IMG/VR virus record: IMGVR_UViG_3300009095_000014
Span: 1 to 64,000 of that record
Length of the DNA: 64,000 nucleotides
DNA from: a virus
Lineage: Duplodnaviria > Caudoviricetes
Direction: 5' to 3' (one strand)
The notes under the pieces were generated by a model. It had not been told where the DNA came from and ran no database searches. It saw only the letters and a program-made list of their open reading frames with translations. Position numbers and translations under genes: made by a program. Shown piece after piece: positions 48,066-58,118 of this stretch (positions within the stretch are counted from its first letter, which is position 1; each line of letters starts with the position of its first letter).

Positions 48066-48971
48066 ATGTTCGTTACGCCCTACCAAACGACACCGTGCAA
48101 GGATTATAACCTCAAGAATATCCTTGCCGAAGTGATCACCGAAAAGAACATGGGAAACCTGATTCAACTGGAACGAGGCATCGCCATGGTAGGGTCGGGA
48201 TCGACCAATATCCCGATCTTTACCCAGCCGTTGTCGTGGGTGGACTTCGATCGCAGCGACGTGCCGAACGTGTTGTTCGATGCCCGTGGCTTCATGTCCA
48301 TGACCCGTGGTGAAGCCACACCATGGCGGATCACCAACCACACCGAGTACGAGTTCCAGATGCTGCGTGCCAAGATTCAGAACGAATGGCAGTCCGGTAC
48401 CTTTGACCGACTGGACTACCTGCGCTGTGGCGACATCGCACCGCAAGTGTTCATCAATTGGATCAGCAAGAACATCGGTACGCGCCTGGGCCTGGACCCG
48501 CTGCAAGTCTCCGAGATCATGACGCTGGTGGGTCTGTACTACATCGCTCTCTTCTACCAAGCTGACGAGTTCGACGAAACCGTCAAGATGAAGGCTGTCG
48601 GTCAAATCAACCGCTGGACCAAGATTCCGACGCAGATCATCATGCCGCTGGTTGATGGGCAAGAGTACATCGCCGACCTGCCAGGTCTGGTGGCAGCGCT
48701 GAAGAAGACAGTCCAGTCGCCGCGTATGGAACAGGTCAGCGTGGGCTTGCTCTATGCCATGCTGGGTGGTAGCTGGTTCGGTGCCAACAGCAAGGAAACC
48801 GTAGCGGTGGCACTGGAACACCCGCCTACTTTTATTACTCTCCTGTATTCGGCGATCAATGCTCGAAGCTACCGGAACACGGTACTGGGTAAGGTCAGTC
48901 AACTGGCCACGCGCGCTGGGAACGATCGGGAGTTCACCAAGAACCTTACGTTCTTGATTAACAAGCGCTAA
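48066..48971 (+). CDS. Virion protein (phiKZ gp28-like by synteny)
   Basis: 301 aa, divergent from sheath; ALEHPPTF motif. Confidence 0.68.
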   Translation: MFVTPYQTTPCKDYNLKNILAEVITEKNMGNLIQLERGIAMVGSGSTNIPIFTQPLSWVDFDRSDVPNVLFDARGFMSMTRGEATPWRITNHTEYEFQMLRAKIQNEWQSGTFDRLDYLRCGDIAPQVFINWISKNIGTRLGLDPLQVSEIMTLVGLYYIALFYQADEFDETVKMKAVGQINRWTKIPTQIIMPLVDGQEYIADLPGLVAALKKTVQSPRMEQVSVGLLYAMLGGSWFGANSKETVAVALEHPPTFITLLYSAINARSYRNTVLGKVSQLATRAGNDREFTKNLTFLINKR

Positions 48972-48984
48972 ACACGGAGCCACC

Positions 48985-51585
48985 ATGTCTACGTTCGACT
49001 ATATCGTCAACCATGCGTTGAAGAACGTATGGTGCACTCCCGAACAAGACCGGCAAGTGATCCTCGCTCCGGCGAGGATCAGTCCCTTCACTGGGGTCGT
49101 CAACCAGATGCGGATTCTCTGGACCCAGTATCCCTTGCCAACCAGCAAAGAATGGTACCACGTTTTTCAGATTGGTGAGATCACTCCCGAACTGCTCGGG
49201 TTGCTGAGCACTTATAACCAGTGGTTGTCGCTGGACAAGCATTGTCAGCAAAGCGATCTGCTGGTCAATGTGTACCTGAAAAACGGGGTGGAGTTCCCCC
49301 GTCACACGTCGTACATCCTGCGCACCATGGATGACAACGTCATCCTAGCGGTAAAGGACCATCCCTCCATCGGTGACGCCGGGAACAATCCAGTGTACCT
49401 GCGGGTGTATTCCAATGCCTACTTCCAGCGTTCAACGGACACGGGGGAGGGGATTGAAGTCCACGGGGCAACCTTGAGGACCACCGCCGACCTGACCAAC
49501 ATGCAAAGTCGCTGGCAAGCTGCCAAGAACCGCAAAGGTCATTGCGTGGCGTACGTCAACGGGCGACGGGTACAGAACCTGTCCCCGCAGACCATGACAG
49601 TGGGCAATGTAGTGGAGTTCTTCCGTGACAGCAGCATCCGGGAGATCGTCGAGTTCAAAGTCAGTGAATTGCCCAGCTTCCTGAGCACCTTGGATCGTCA
49701 GCAGAAATACCTGTTGCATCCACGAGGCTACGACCGGGGCACCATCGACTACCTGGACGATCTGGACTTCTACCTGATCAAACGCCGGTCCGATCACTTG
49801 CTCGATGGAGTCTACTACCACAAGAACGCCGAGAACGCTGTGCGCATGGTGACTCACCGTGACTACAGCATCCCGGTAGACTTCGTAGCGGCGTACGTGG
49901 ATGATCATCCGGACTGGTACGACATCAATACGCTGTCGGTGCAGGTCTATGTGCGTGACAGCGGTTACGAACGGGAACTGGTGGACGAGCATCACCGGAT
50001 CAAGGAACTTTATCGTCTAGAGGACGATGAAATCCTCGAAGCTATGGTGGGGCAAGATTCCACAGTGGACGTGTGGCAGGCCGCCAATCTGGAGGCCAGT
50101 GCATACCCGGCACTGATGCGCGCACCCATGGGTACCATCGATCATGATACGGTTCGGGATGCCTACGGGTACAACGCCATCAGTAAGCTGTTGGCCGATA
50201 CCCCGTTGAAGATTGATCCGGTGTCCAAAGGGGTAGACTTGCCTGTGGGGCTGTGGGAAGACAGTACCATCTACGAGTACCGCGCCGATGGCACCCTGAT
50301 CAATTGGCACTACCACGCCAAAGGCAGCTATTACCCGGCACGCAGTGACGAGTGCGCAATGATCGAAGGGGTGGTCGGTCGAGGTGGACAACGCCTGGAT
50401 ACGGTCTACGGACAACAAGAACAGGATGTCAACCCGGACGCCAGTTACCGGTTCTACATCAAGGACGTCTTCTTCGACGAGCCCGTAGGCGAGTGGCGGG
50501 ATGTCACCGGTAGCGAAATGTACGAGATCAGCGATGGGCGGATCTACTGGAACTCGTCACCCAGTGCGACCTTTACCATGGTACGCAGCAACCTCAGCTT
50601 CCTTGCGTATGACCTGAACCTCAGCTACCAGGATCAGCTGCTGCGCTTTACCGTCAACGCCGTAGAACTGCGGCAGAACGGTGAGCTGCTCAATGACCGG
50701 GTCGATGTCCCGTTTGGTCAGTTCGACCTGTGGCTCAATGGTCATCCGCTGATCGAGAATCTGGACTACTTTGCCCAGTGGCCCGAGGTGGTGATCGTCA
50801 ACAAGTTGCACTACAAACCGGAACTCGATGCACAACGAGTCAGCATCCGAGCGCTAGGGTTCTGCAACCAAGATCTGTCGCGCCCGGAACCGGCGGAGTT
50901 TGGCTTTGTGCAACATGGCCTGCTCAGCGTCAACGGTCGGTACGATGTACGGGATGACAAAGTGGTGCGTATTGTCGGCGACGGTAAGTTGCTCGACCGC
51001 TCAGCGCTGAACTTCTCGGAGAATGACTCCGGCGTTAGGACCAGCGTTCTGCGCAACGGCGCACCGTATCAGATCACCCATCCGGTAATCCCCCTGCGGA
51101 CCTTCAGTTCGGAGGAGACGTATCGGTTGCGTGAGAAGTCCTTGGAAGTGGATCGTCAGGTGGCCAACTACCTGTCGACAAAACTTCCTGAGCCTGAGCT
51201 GCCCGTGCCAAACCCGATCTCGGGACTGTACCCGATTCACAGTCCGTTCGTGTGCAAGATCATGAATGACATGAAGAACGGGTTCTTGGATATGCGTAAC
51301 TACCAAGGGCACTACACCGACGTACAGGTACGCAATGAACTGACCGAGTACGAATGGCTGCTGGACTTTGAGCCGACCCGCAAGGACATCGACTTCCGGT
51401 ACGTCTCCGTGCACCCGCACAACCTGATGACCGAAGTGACGCTGAACGTCTACCAGTACCGGTTCCTGCTTCGGGTGATCCGCATTTACCTGAATGATAA
51501 GGTAGATATTACCCGGTTCATTCGGATCGAGTCCGGGTTTGAGCATGAAACCCCCGATCACAAACACCCCAACCTCAACGGCTAA
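48985..51585 (+). CDS. Virion structural protein (phiKZ gp27-like)
   Basis: 866 aa; NVWCTPEQDRQ N-terminus, YHKN...VRMVTHRDYS; synteny. Confidence 0.72.
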   Translation: MSTFDYIVNHALKNVWCTPEQDRQVILAPARISPFTGVVNQMRILWTQYPLPTSKEWYHVFQIGEITPELLGLLSTYNQWLSLDKHCQQSDLLVNVYLKNGVEFPRHTSYILRTMDDNVILAVKDHPSIGDAGNNPVYLRVYSNAYFQRSTDTGEGIEVHGATLRTTADLTNMQSRWQAAKNRKGHCVAYVNGRRVQNLSPQTMTVGNVVEFFRDSSIREIVEFKVSELPSFLSTLDRQQKYLLHPRGYDRGTIDYLDDLDFYLIKRRSDHLLDGVYYHKNAENAVRMVTHRDYSIPVDFVAAYVDDHPDWYDINTLSVQVYVRDSGYERELVDEHHRIKELYRLEDDEILEAMVGQDSTVDVWQAANLEASAYPALMRAPMGTIDHDTVRDAYGYNAISKLLADTPLKIDPVSKGVDLPVGLWEDSTIYEYRADGTLINWHYHAKGSYYPARSDECAMIEGVVGRGGQRLDTVYGQQEQDVNPDASYRFYIKDVFFDEPVGEWRDVTGSEMYEISDGRIYWNSSPSATFTMVRSNLSFLAYDLNLSYQDQLLRFTVNAVELRQNGELLNDRVDVPFGQFDLWLNGHPLIENLDYFAQWPEVVIVNKLHYKPELDAQRVSIRALGFCNQDLSRPEPAEFGFVQHGLLSVNGRYDVRDDKVVRIVGDGKLLDRSALNFSENDSGVRTSVLRNGAPYQITHPVIPLRTFSSEETYRLREKSLEVDRQVANYLSTKLPEPELPVPNPISGLYPIHSPFVCKIMNDMKNGFLDMRNYQGHYTDVQVRNELTEYEWLLDFEPTRKDIDFRYVSVHPHNLMTEVTLNVYQYRFLLRVIRIYLNDKVDITRFIRIESGFEHETPDHKHPNLNG

Positions 51586-51598
51586 GTGAGTAAAAGAC

Positions 51599-53266
51599 AT
51601 GAGTGATGCTCCTGGCAGATATATTGTCGACCCGGACCGAGGGTACCGGGAATTTGCCATTTGGGAGATCTACACCGGTCCTGACGGGACCGGTGTCTAC
51701 GTCCCGAATGTCAACGACGCGGTACGCGACTGGAAGGTCGGCTGGTATCGCGTCAAGTCGGTGGACTACACTACCGGTCTGTCGCAACTTGAACTGTGGG
51801 AAACCCCCAGTACCAACACCGACGTGGACCAGAGCGAGCTGCTGCTCGGCGTAGGACCGGGTTACCAGTCCGAAACGTGGCGAGTGTACGTGGATACCCG
51901 TAAGATCCCCTACACGCTGGAGATCGACCGTCGACTGCACCTGTACGGCACCGAGGTCACCCACCTCAAGCTGTTCAAGGGTGTGGACGTCAGCGAGACC
52001 GGTCAGGTGATCTCGGCCCACTACGACCAAGCGGGTAACCTGCTGGGTGAAAACATCCCCCTGCAATTGGTAGCCACCACGGACCGTACCAACACCGCCA
52101 TCAAGTGCCCGACCAGTTCCTTCACCAGCGTCCCGCTGGTCGATGGTGAAGTGGTCAGTTACGTGGCCTACGCGGCGAACGGAACGCCGGTTTCCAAAGG
52201 CAAGCTGCTGGTGGAAAATACCTCGCTGGCTCGTCGCTCTGAATCCAACCTGCGTTACATCACCGGCATCCGCTTGGAAAGCCCGTTCCTCAGTGCCAGC
52301 GATCCGCAGGTCATCGAGTTCCCGATCAACCTCAACGTCGATTCGATCACCCTGCAAGGGGTGGTGGAATACAGCAACGGCGATATCGTCAAGCTGCCGA
52401 TCACCGGAGACGTGAGTGATAAGTTCTCGCTCTTTGGTCTGCGTCATTACGTGCCGACTATTGAAGGTCAGCCGGTACCGCTGACCCTGAACTATCGCCT
52501 GTCGGACACCGAGTACTCTTACGTGCAAGGACCGACGGCCAACGGGTCTATCGCTGAAGCCTATCGGGGTATCACCGTCCGGGCGGATAACAGCTACAGC
52601 GTCAAGCTGTTTGCCTATCCGAACTGGAAGGGCGAGGTCAATGGCTACGAGCTGGACTTCTGGCTGTACAGCCTGGATCGCGATCAGTACTACCGCGTTC
52701 CCAAGGGATTGGTGGAACTGCACCAGAACTCCCCGGCCTTCGATGGTCTCAACTATATCTCCACGCAGAAGATCGCCTTTGCGATCAACCTCAAGGACGT
52801 CGACCCGAGCTACAACTCGTACCGTCACGTTCAGACGCTGGCGATCCACTTGAAGACCCGTGGCACGCTCGACCAGACCAACTGGACGGTGGCCTTCGAC
52901 CCGAACAGCACCGAAGTCTTCGGTGACAACCTGAAGGCAGCGGTGACGTTCATCAACACCAACAACTGGCGAGTGAACATCGGCAACGGTTTCCCCACGG
53001 TGGAAACCTGGCTGCGCGCCCTGTACTACGGCGTCAAGCCGCTGTACGACACGCAGACCGAAGCCGAGGCCCCTCTGCCGAACATGTTCGCTATCACGAC
53101 GGCGCGTCGTCGTACCGAGTTCATGCTGGATCAGTGGAACCAAGAGCTGCCGATCTACTACGACCTGAACGAAGGGGAGACCCTGTTCGTCGAGTGGATT
53201 TACAGAACACCGGTTACCGACCTGTATCTGGGTGTCACCGGTCTATCGTGCCATCAGATCAACTAA
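51599..53266 (+). CDS. Virion structural protein (phiKZ gp26-like)
   Basis: 555 aa; YVPNVND, YSVKLFAYPNW; directly precedes terminase. Confidence 0.72.
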   Translation: MSDAPGRYIVDPDRGYREFAIWEIYTGPDGTGVYVPNVNDAVRDWKVGWYRVKSVDYTTGLSQLELWETPSTNTDVDQSELLLGVGPGYQSETWRVYVDTRKIPYTLEIDRRLHLYGTEVTHLKLFKGVDVSETGQVISAHYDQAGNLLGENIPLQLVATTDRTNTAIKCPTSSFTSVPLVDGEVVSYVAYAANGTPVSKGKLLVENTSLARRSESNLRYITGIRLESPFLSASDPQVIEFPINLNVDSITLQGVVEYSNGDIVKLPITGDVSDKFSLFGLRHYVPTIEGQPVPLTLNYRLSDTEYSYVQGPTANGSIAEAYRGITVRADNSYSVKLFAYPNWKGEVNGYELDFWLYSLDRDQYYRVPKGLVELHQNSPAFDGLNYISTQKIAFAINLKDVDPSYNSYRHVQTLAIHLKTRGTLDQTNWTVAFDPNSTEVFGDNLKAAVTFINTNNWRVNIGNGFPTVETWLRALYYGVKPLYDTQTEAEAPLPNMFAITTARRRTEFMLDQWNQELPIYYDLNEGETLFVEWIYRTPVTDLYLGVTGLSCHQIN

Positions 53267-53272
53267 CCAACG

Positions 53273-53306
53273 GCATACGGAGGAGGGGTACCCCTCCTCC
53301 GTATGC
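53273..53306. repeat. Perfect 34-bp palindrome, CATA...TATG family, immediately upstream of terminase
   Basis: gcatacggaggaggggtacccctcctccgtatgc is self-complementary; TATG at 53302. Confidence 0.9.
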
Positions 53307-53320
53307 TAAGTGAGCGTTGT

Positions 53321-55558
53321 ATGATTTTGTTTGAAAAGGATTGGGCACGGTTTCCGCGTGCCATTGCTGACTTCAAAACCAGCAACCAGAGTTTCATCGA
53401 TCTGGTGATGTTGTATCGGCACATGGGCGTCAAGAACTGCCTGTTTCCTTTGGCGTTGATGCAACCGGAGCTACAAGGGGTGGACCCCCATGATCCAAAC
53501 TTGGATGAGGTGACCCAAACCCGCATCAAGATTGAATGCAAATTCAACCCGTGGTACTACCTGCGTGAAGTGGTACGCGTACCGCCGGTCTCGGGTGACA
53601 CACCGGTGCAGCTGCGGGCTAACCGCGCCAACATCTCCCTGTGGTGGTGCTTCCTCAACCACATCGACTATTTCCTCGTCCAGATCCGTCAGACGGGTAA
53701 GTCGCTGAACACTGACGTACTGCACAACTGGTACCAAATTTTCGGAACGGAAAACACCCGTGCCAACCTCTTCACCAAAGACGCTGACCTTATTAAAGAA
53801 AACATCGCGCGTCTGAAGAAGATCCGTAAGCTGCTGCCGCCCTATCTGGTTAACATCGTCCGTTCGGACACCGACAACCAGAAAGAGTTCACCAACTACG
53901 GTCAAGGCAACCGTTTGGTGGCTGTACAGGCTCAAGCCAACGAAGACGCGGCACTGAACATCGGTCGTGGATTGACCGCTGCCATGAACCATATCGACGA
54001 AGTGGCATTCCTGCGCTTTGTTCAGATCTCCGTGCCGGCGATGCTGGCAGGTTCGGGTGCAGCGCGTGAAGAAGCGGCTCGTAACGGCTTGCCCTACGGT
54101 AACATCTTCACGTCAACGGCCGGTAAGCTTGACAGTGAAGAAGGTTCCTTTGCCTACAAGCTGCTCAGTGATTCGATGGTCTGGGACGAATGCGTACTGG
54201 ACTGCGAAGATCAGAAGGCCCTGTACAAGGTGGTCAGTGCACGTTGCAAGACAGACTCCTTGATGGTCAACGGGACCTTCAGCCACCGTCAGCTGGGCTT
54301 TACGGATGAATGGCTCCGCAAGCGCATCGCCGATTCTAAGCAGTCCGGTGACGATGCCCGTCGCGACTTCTTGAACGAATGGACGGCCGGTAGTCTTTCT
54401 AACCCGCTGCCCACCTCGGTGCTGGAAACCATTCGCAAGCATGTAATCGACGCACCGTACAGTCAGGTGTTCAGTAGTCTTGGCTACATCATCCGCTGGT
54501 ATGTGCCCAAGGAAGAAGTCGAGAACAAGTTGAGTGGTCGACAGCTGGTCATGGGGGTCGATACCTCCAACGCCACGGGTCGAGACAGTATCACTGGGGT
54601 GATCACTGACGTCAGTACACTGGAAACCGTCGGGGTTTGGTCGATCAATGAAACCAACCTGCAACTGTTCTCGGGTTGGCTGGCGCGTTTGATCGCTAAT
54701 TTCAAGGGGCTGACAGTTGTACCGGAAAACAAGTCAACTTGGATTGCCATCTTGGACTACTTGCTGATTCACTTGCCCACCGTGGGCATTGATCCGGGAC
54801 GGCGGATCTACAGTCAGTTCATCGACCACATCAACGACGGTGACCGAGAAAAGCTGGAGTACAAAGAGTACCTGCGCAATCCCATGTCACCTAACCACTA
54901 CAACCGCTGGCGCCGGTACTTCGGGTTCCCCACCAACGGACCGCTACGTGAACTGCTCTATGGCAGCGTGATTCAAGAAGCGGGTAAGTTGGCAGGTGCG
55001 ATGGTACGAGACAAGGACTTGGCCGCTGAGATCTCGGGACTGGTGGTGAAGAACGGTCGGATTGACCACCGCAATGGTTTCCATGACGACCATGTCATCT
55101 CGTGGCTGTTGACGCACTGGTTCCTGACCTACGCCAAGAACTTGGAACACTACGGGATCGACAAGACCTTGGTCAAACGCAAGCTGCGCGAAATGGCGGT
55201 GGAGACCACCGACTGGCGAGCGGCACGGGAAGCAGAACTGCAAAAACAACTCCGGAATGAGTTGGAAGAAGTCTTGGATAAGATCAAGGTCGCACGAGAC
55301 GAATACCAGATCATGCGACTGGAACACCGACTGAACTCCATCTACGCCCGCTTGGATGTGGGTGGCTTGGGTATGGACGCCGGCAGCATCGACGCCCTGA
55401 TTGAAGAAGCCCGTGATCGCCGTGCGATCGGTAACCGGCAGAAACAACAAGGCGCGCGACAAACCGCTGAACCGGAACGCTATGCGTCGATCAACGGAAC
55501 CGGACGCTTTGGGGGACGGGGCGGATACCAACCGTCCTCTTCGGTGGTGATGTGCTGA
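53321..55558 (+). CDS. terL: Terminase large subunit (phiKZ gp25-like)
   Basis: CKFNPWYYLRE, Walker A RQTGKS, Walker B HIDEVAF, nuclease GVDTS and HDDHVISWLL; start re-called at ATG 53321 (MILFEKDW). Confidence 0.92.
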   Translation: MILFEKDWARFPRAIADFKTSNQSFIDLVMLYRHMGVKNCLFPLALMQPELQGVDPHDPNLDEVTQTRIKIECKFNPWYYLREVVRVPPVSGDTPVQLRANRANISLWWCFLNHIDYFLVQIRQTGKSLNTDVLHNWYQIFGTENTRANLFTKDADLIKENIARLKKIRKLLPPYLVNIVRSDTDNQKEFTNYGQGNRLVAVQAQANEDAALNIGRGLTAAMNHIDEVAFLRFVQISVPAMLAGSGAAREEAARNGLPYGNIFTSTAGKLDSEEGSFAYKLLSDSMVWDECVLDCEDQKALYKVVSARCKTDSLMVNGTFSHRQLGFTDEWLRKRIADSKQSGDDARRDFLNEWTAGSLSNPLPTSVLETIRKHVIDAPYSQVFSSLGYIIRWYVPKEEVENKLSGRQLVMGVDTSNATGRDSITGVITDVSTLETVGVWSINETNLQLFSGWLARLIANFKGLTVVPENKSTWIAILDYLLIHLPTVGIDPGRRIYSQFIDHINDGDREKLEYKEYLRNPMSPNHYNRWRRYFGFPTNGPLRELLYGSVIQEAGKLAGAMVRDKDLAAEISGLVVKNGRIDHRNGFHDDHVISWLLTHWFLTYAKNLEHYGIDKTLVKRKLREMAVETTDWRAAREAELQKQLRNELEEVLDKIKVARDEYQIMRLEHRLNSIYARLDVGGLGMDAGSIDALIEEARDRRAIGNRQKQQGARQTAEPERYASINGTGRFGGRGGYQPSSSVVMC

Positions 55559-55600
55559 CGGCATACAGGGGAGGGCACGAAGCCCTCCCCTGTATGCCGT
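55558..55600. terminator. CATA...TATG family hairpin, 19-bp perfect stem
   Basis: acggcatacaggggagggc ACGAA gccctcccctgtatgccgt. Confidence 0.85.
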
Positions 55601-55620
55601 CTAGGATTAGATCCCAATTC

Positions 55621-55647
55621 TTTTCGATCATACATTGTTCGAGTGAC
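55621..55647 (+). promoter_or_regulatory. Putative early promoter
   Basis: ttttcgatca TACATTGT tcga GTGAC. Confidence 0.68.
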
Positions 55648-55695
55648 AGGGTACACTCAAGTACCTAATAACCCTTTTAGACTAAGGAGTCTAAT

Positions 55696-55860
55696 ATGTT
55701 CCGTGAGATCAATGAAGTGCACGAAATCCGCGAAAGAATCGAACGCCGTAAGCGAAAAGAGTTGGAGAACACCAACCTCTTTCGACTTGCTCAACGTGCT
55801 GTTGAGCAGAAACAGCTCCAAGACCTCCAAAACCTTGACGCACCGATGCGCGTCAAGTAA
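55696..55860 (+). CDS. Microprotein, 54 aa, charged helical (not in ORF track)
   Basis: AAGGAG RBS; MFREINEVHEIRERIERRKRKELENTNLFRLAQRAVEQKQLQDLQNLDAPMRVK. Confidence 0.7.
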   Translation: MFREINEVHEIRERIERRKRKELENTNLFRLAQRAVEQKQLQDLQNLDAPMRVK

Positions 55861-55910
55861 GTAACACCCACCCCCGCCTATAGGGGATTAACGAGGGTGA
55901 CAATCCGGTC

Positions 55911-55944
55911 GCCCCGCACGTCCTAGGAGGACACAGCATGAACA
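55911..55944 (+). promoter_or_regulatory. Conserved translation-initiation leader shared with 61721-61738
   Basis: Identical 18-mer CACGTCCTAGGAGGACAC at 55917-55934 and 61721-61738, both followed by 3 nt + ATGAACA. Confidence 0.8.
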
Positions 55945-56300
55945 AGATCGCCAACCTGACCCAGCACAATGCTACTGAAGAGCAAGTGGCAGCGGGCGTA
56001 TTCGACCTCGTCGGCGAGGATCGAAAGATGTTGGTGAAGCTTCTCACCTTCGCCACCCTCCCCACCAAGGAGGAAATCGAAGAGCGCGCCAAAGCCATCG
56101 CCATGTTGGTGATGGGATGCCGCGCCGCCATGATCGGCGGCGCCCCGTACCTCATGCCCGCTCTCGAGCGTGCACTGAAGGAAGAGGGGGTTATGCCCCT
56201 CTACGCGTTCTCGGAACGCGTGTCGGTCGAGGAACTGTTGGCAGATGGCAGTATACGGAAAATCAACGTGTTCAAACATGTGGGATGGGTCGAGGCGTAA
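55938..56300 (+). CDS. Csx20/Csx15-like small Rossmann-fold protein, candidate cyclic-oligoadenylate ring nuclease or binder
   Basis: NLTQHNATEEQ, AMIGG, and PLYAFSERVSVEE...DGSIRKINVFKHVGW match by eye the Csx20 pattern (FSHxLTxEQ; LIQG; PVYATTxRxSxE...GxxxKxSxFKHVxF). Confidence 0.62.
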   Translation: MNKIANLTQHNATEEQVAAGVFDLVGEDRKMLVKLLTFATLPTKEEIEERAKAIAMLVMGCRAAMIGGAPYLMPALERALKEEGVMPLYAFSERVSVEELLADGSIRKINVFKHVGWVEA

Positions 56301-56413
56301 GTCTCGACCTAGGGCAAAGGAATGTCCAGCTCCCTCGTAAGAGGGAGTATCCCATTGAAGATCTAGACTGGTCTTCAATGGGATACACTTAACCTGAGCA
56401 CTAGGGGTTCAAT

Positions 56414-56728
56414 ATGGAATTCGTCAAAGTAAACTCTCAAGATCTGCAAATCGTTTTTTCGGCAGTGGTCGAACTGATCACCGCCATGGATGTTGCGTTT
56501 GATGTAGTAAAACAGGATTACAAGGTGGCATCCTTGCAATCTGAGCCGATAAAGAACTACTTCGAGGCAATTGCCTCGATCAGTTCTGCAAGTAAATTAT
56601 CGGCAGAACAAACTGCCGATACCATCATGCGCATCAAGGATGCGCAGATTAAGAAGATCACCAGCGAAGGGGTCTACTACCCCCTTCTGCATCGGGAGAT
56701 CAAGGCTTGGCTTGCCAAGCGCTCCTGA
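56414..56728 (+). CDS. Hypothetical protein
   Basis: 104 aa, AGGGG RBS, followed by terminator. Confidence 0.7.
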   Translation: MEFVKVNSQDLQIVFSAVVELITAMDVAFDVVKQDYKVASLQSEPIKNYFEAIASISSASKLSAEQTADTIMRIKDAQIKKITSEGVYYPLLHREIKAWLAKRS

Positions 56729-56732
56729 CAGC

Positions 56733-56775
56733 ATAGAGAGGAGCCTTCGGGCTCCTCTCTATCTTTTTTATTTTC
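56733..56775 (+). terminator. Intrinsic terminator, TTCG loop, gcata foot
   Basis: atagagaggagcc TTCG ggctcctctctat + T tract. Confidence 0.85.
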
Positions 56776-56861
56776 CTACCGACCGTTTCAACCAGATAAA
56801 CAATGCACTGCGCAGATTCCATACGTGCGCGGCGATAACGCTTCGGATTTAACGGACATGG

Positions 56862-58118
56862 TTACCTCGAATAGAAATTCATGGAGAAGGTACGCAGGAC
56901 GATGTACAGGCAAAGGCCCGTACGCACGGCAGCGATCACGGCATCGTTCTTGGATTTCACGCACCGACGAACGATCTTCTCGGACAGGGTACGCATTCCA
57001 AGCACCAGCGGATCAGACGACCTAGAGGCCATATACAGCGAACGCAACTTGGCGATCACGGCACCAACGTCAAGGTTACTGCCCATCAACGACCGGTTGG
57101 CGGCGATGGTGTCAAACGCATGGGTCAGTACATCGTCGACCAAGGTTTCAATCTCCTTGTCGCCGCGCGGACCGTAGTTGACCGAAGTGTAGTCCAACGC
57201 GTCACGAAGCAGCTTCTCCGGCATGACTGGCATGGCGTTGGAAACGATCTTCACCAACTCTTCGCGGATGTAGGAGGGCTTATCGCTGATGACGGTGTGG
57301 ATGTAACGACGGTACGTCTGAAACTGTCGCTGCTTATCACGGGCACTGGTCACCCCGTCGAACGTCACCATGGAACTGGTGGAACGGATCGATGCCTTGG
57401 GGTTCAGGCGGATGGTCTCGAACACATCACGGATGTTGTTGATGATGCTCTTGATCCTACCCTGGATGTCGTTGCACATGTAGACGATCTTGAAGTCATC
57501 GTCAAAATGCGTGATCGTCTTGTAATGGATGCTGTTCTTGGCCAGGATGTCCTTGGTACGGGCATCCAGAAGGGCACCCCATGAACCGTAGACCTTCAGG
57601 CCGTACTTCTTGGTCAGCGCGGCGTAGGTGGCCACGGCGACCGCTTCGTCAGCCGGATGACGGAAATAGAAGGCCAGAATGCTGGTGATGAACTTGTACT
57701 GCATCATCAGGATGGTGTCATGCATCCCAGCTTCTTTTTCACTGGCACTCAAGTGAGGGCTGCTGTAGATGGCATGGGTCAGCCACAGGAACGACATGTT
57801 CATGATGTCACCGGAAACCTTACGCACTTCCTTTCCGGCCGCTCGGTCTTCCGGCGGATACACGGCATCGACGGTGTGCAGGTCTTCTTCCAGAGCAGCC
57901 TCGTCAGCAATGAGGATATCGTCGAACCACCGGTTGCGATCCTCGGGACGGAACCGAACCGGGTGAACCCCCATGAGGTTACCGCCGAAGAAGGCGATGT
58001 GGTCTTCGTTCTTATTGGCGAAGTTCTGGGTGTACTGGCTCAACCGCCGGATAAACGCACGGTCGATCTTCAGGTCGGCACAGCCTTTGGCAAAGACCTG
58101 TTTAACGGAGGGAGACAT
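56862..58118 (-). CDS. Conserved phiKZ-like protein (probable virion component)
   Basis: 418 aa, GAGG RBS; FFGGNLMGVHPVRF, YAALTKKYGLK, DIQGRIK motifs typical of Chimalliviridae core genes. Confidence 0.7.
   Translation of the reverse strand: MSPSVKQVFAKGCADLKIDRAFIRRLSQYTQNFANKNEDHIAFFGGNLMGVHPVRFRPEDRNRWFDDILIADEAALEEDLHTVDAVYPPEDRAAGKEVRKVSGDIMNMSFLWLTHAIYSSPHLSASEKEAGMHDTILMMQYKFITSILAFYFRHPADEAVAVATYAALTKKYGLKVYGSWGALLDARTKDILAKNSIHYKTITHFDDDFKIVYMCNDIQGRIKSIINNIRDVFETIRLNPKASIRSTSSMVTFDGVTSARDKQRQFQTYRRYIHTVISDKPSYIREELVKIVSNAMPVMPEKLLRDALDYTSVNYGPRGDKEIETLVDDVLTHAFDTIAANRSLMGSNLDVGAVIAKLRSLYMASRSSDPLVLGMRTLSEKIVRRCVKSKNDAVIAAVRTGLCLYIVLRTFSMNFYSR

Noticed and set aside
56311-56360. 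AGGGCAAA plus GNRA hairpin resembling a c-di-GMP-I / cGAMP riboswitch
   Set aside because: The following CC...GG-ACGCAAAG core and tetraloop receptor are absent; similarity is limited to 8 nt.
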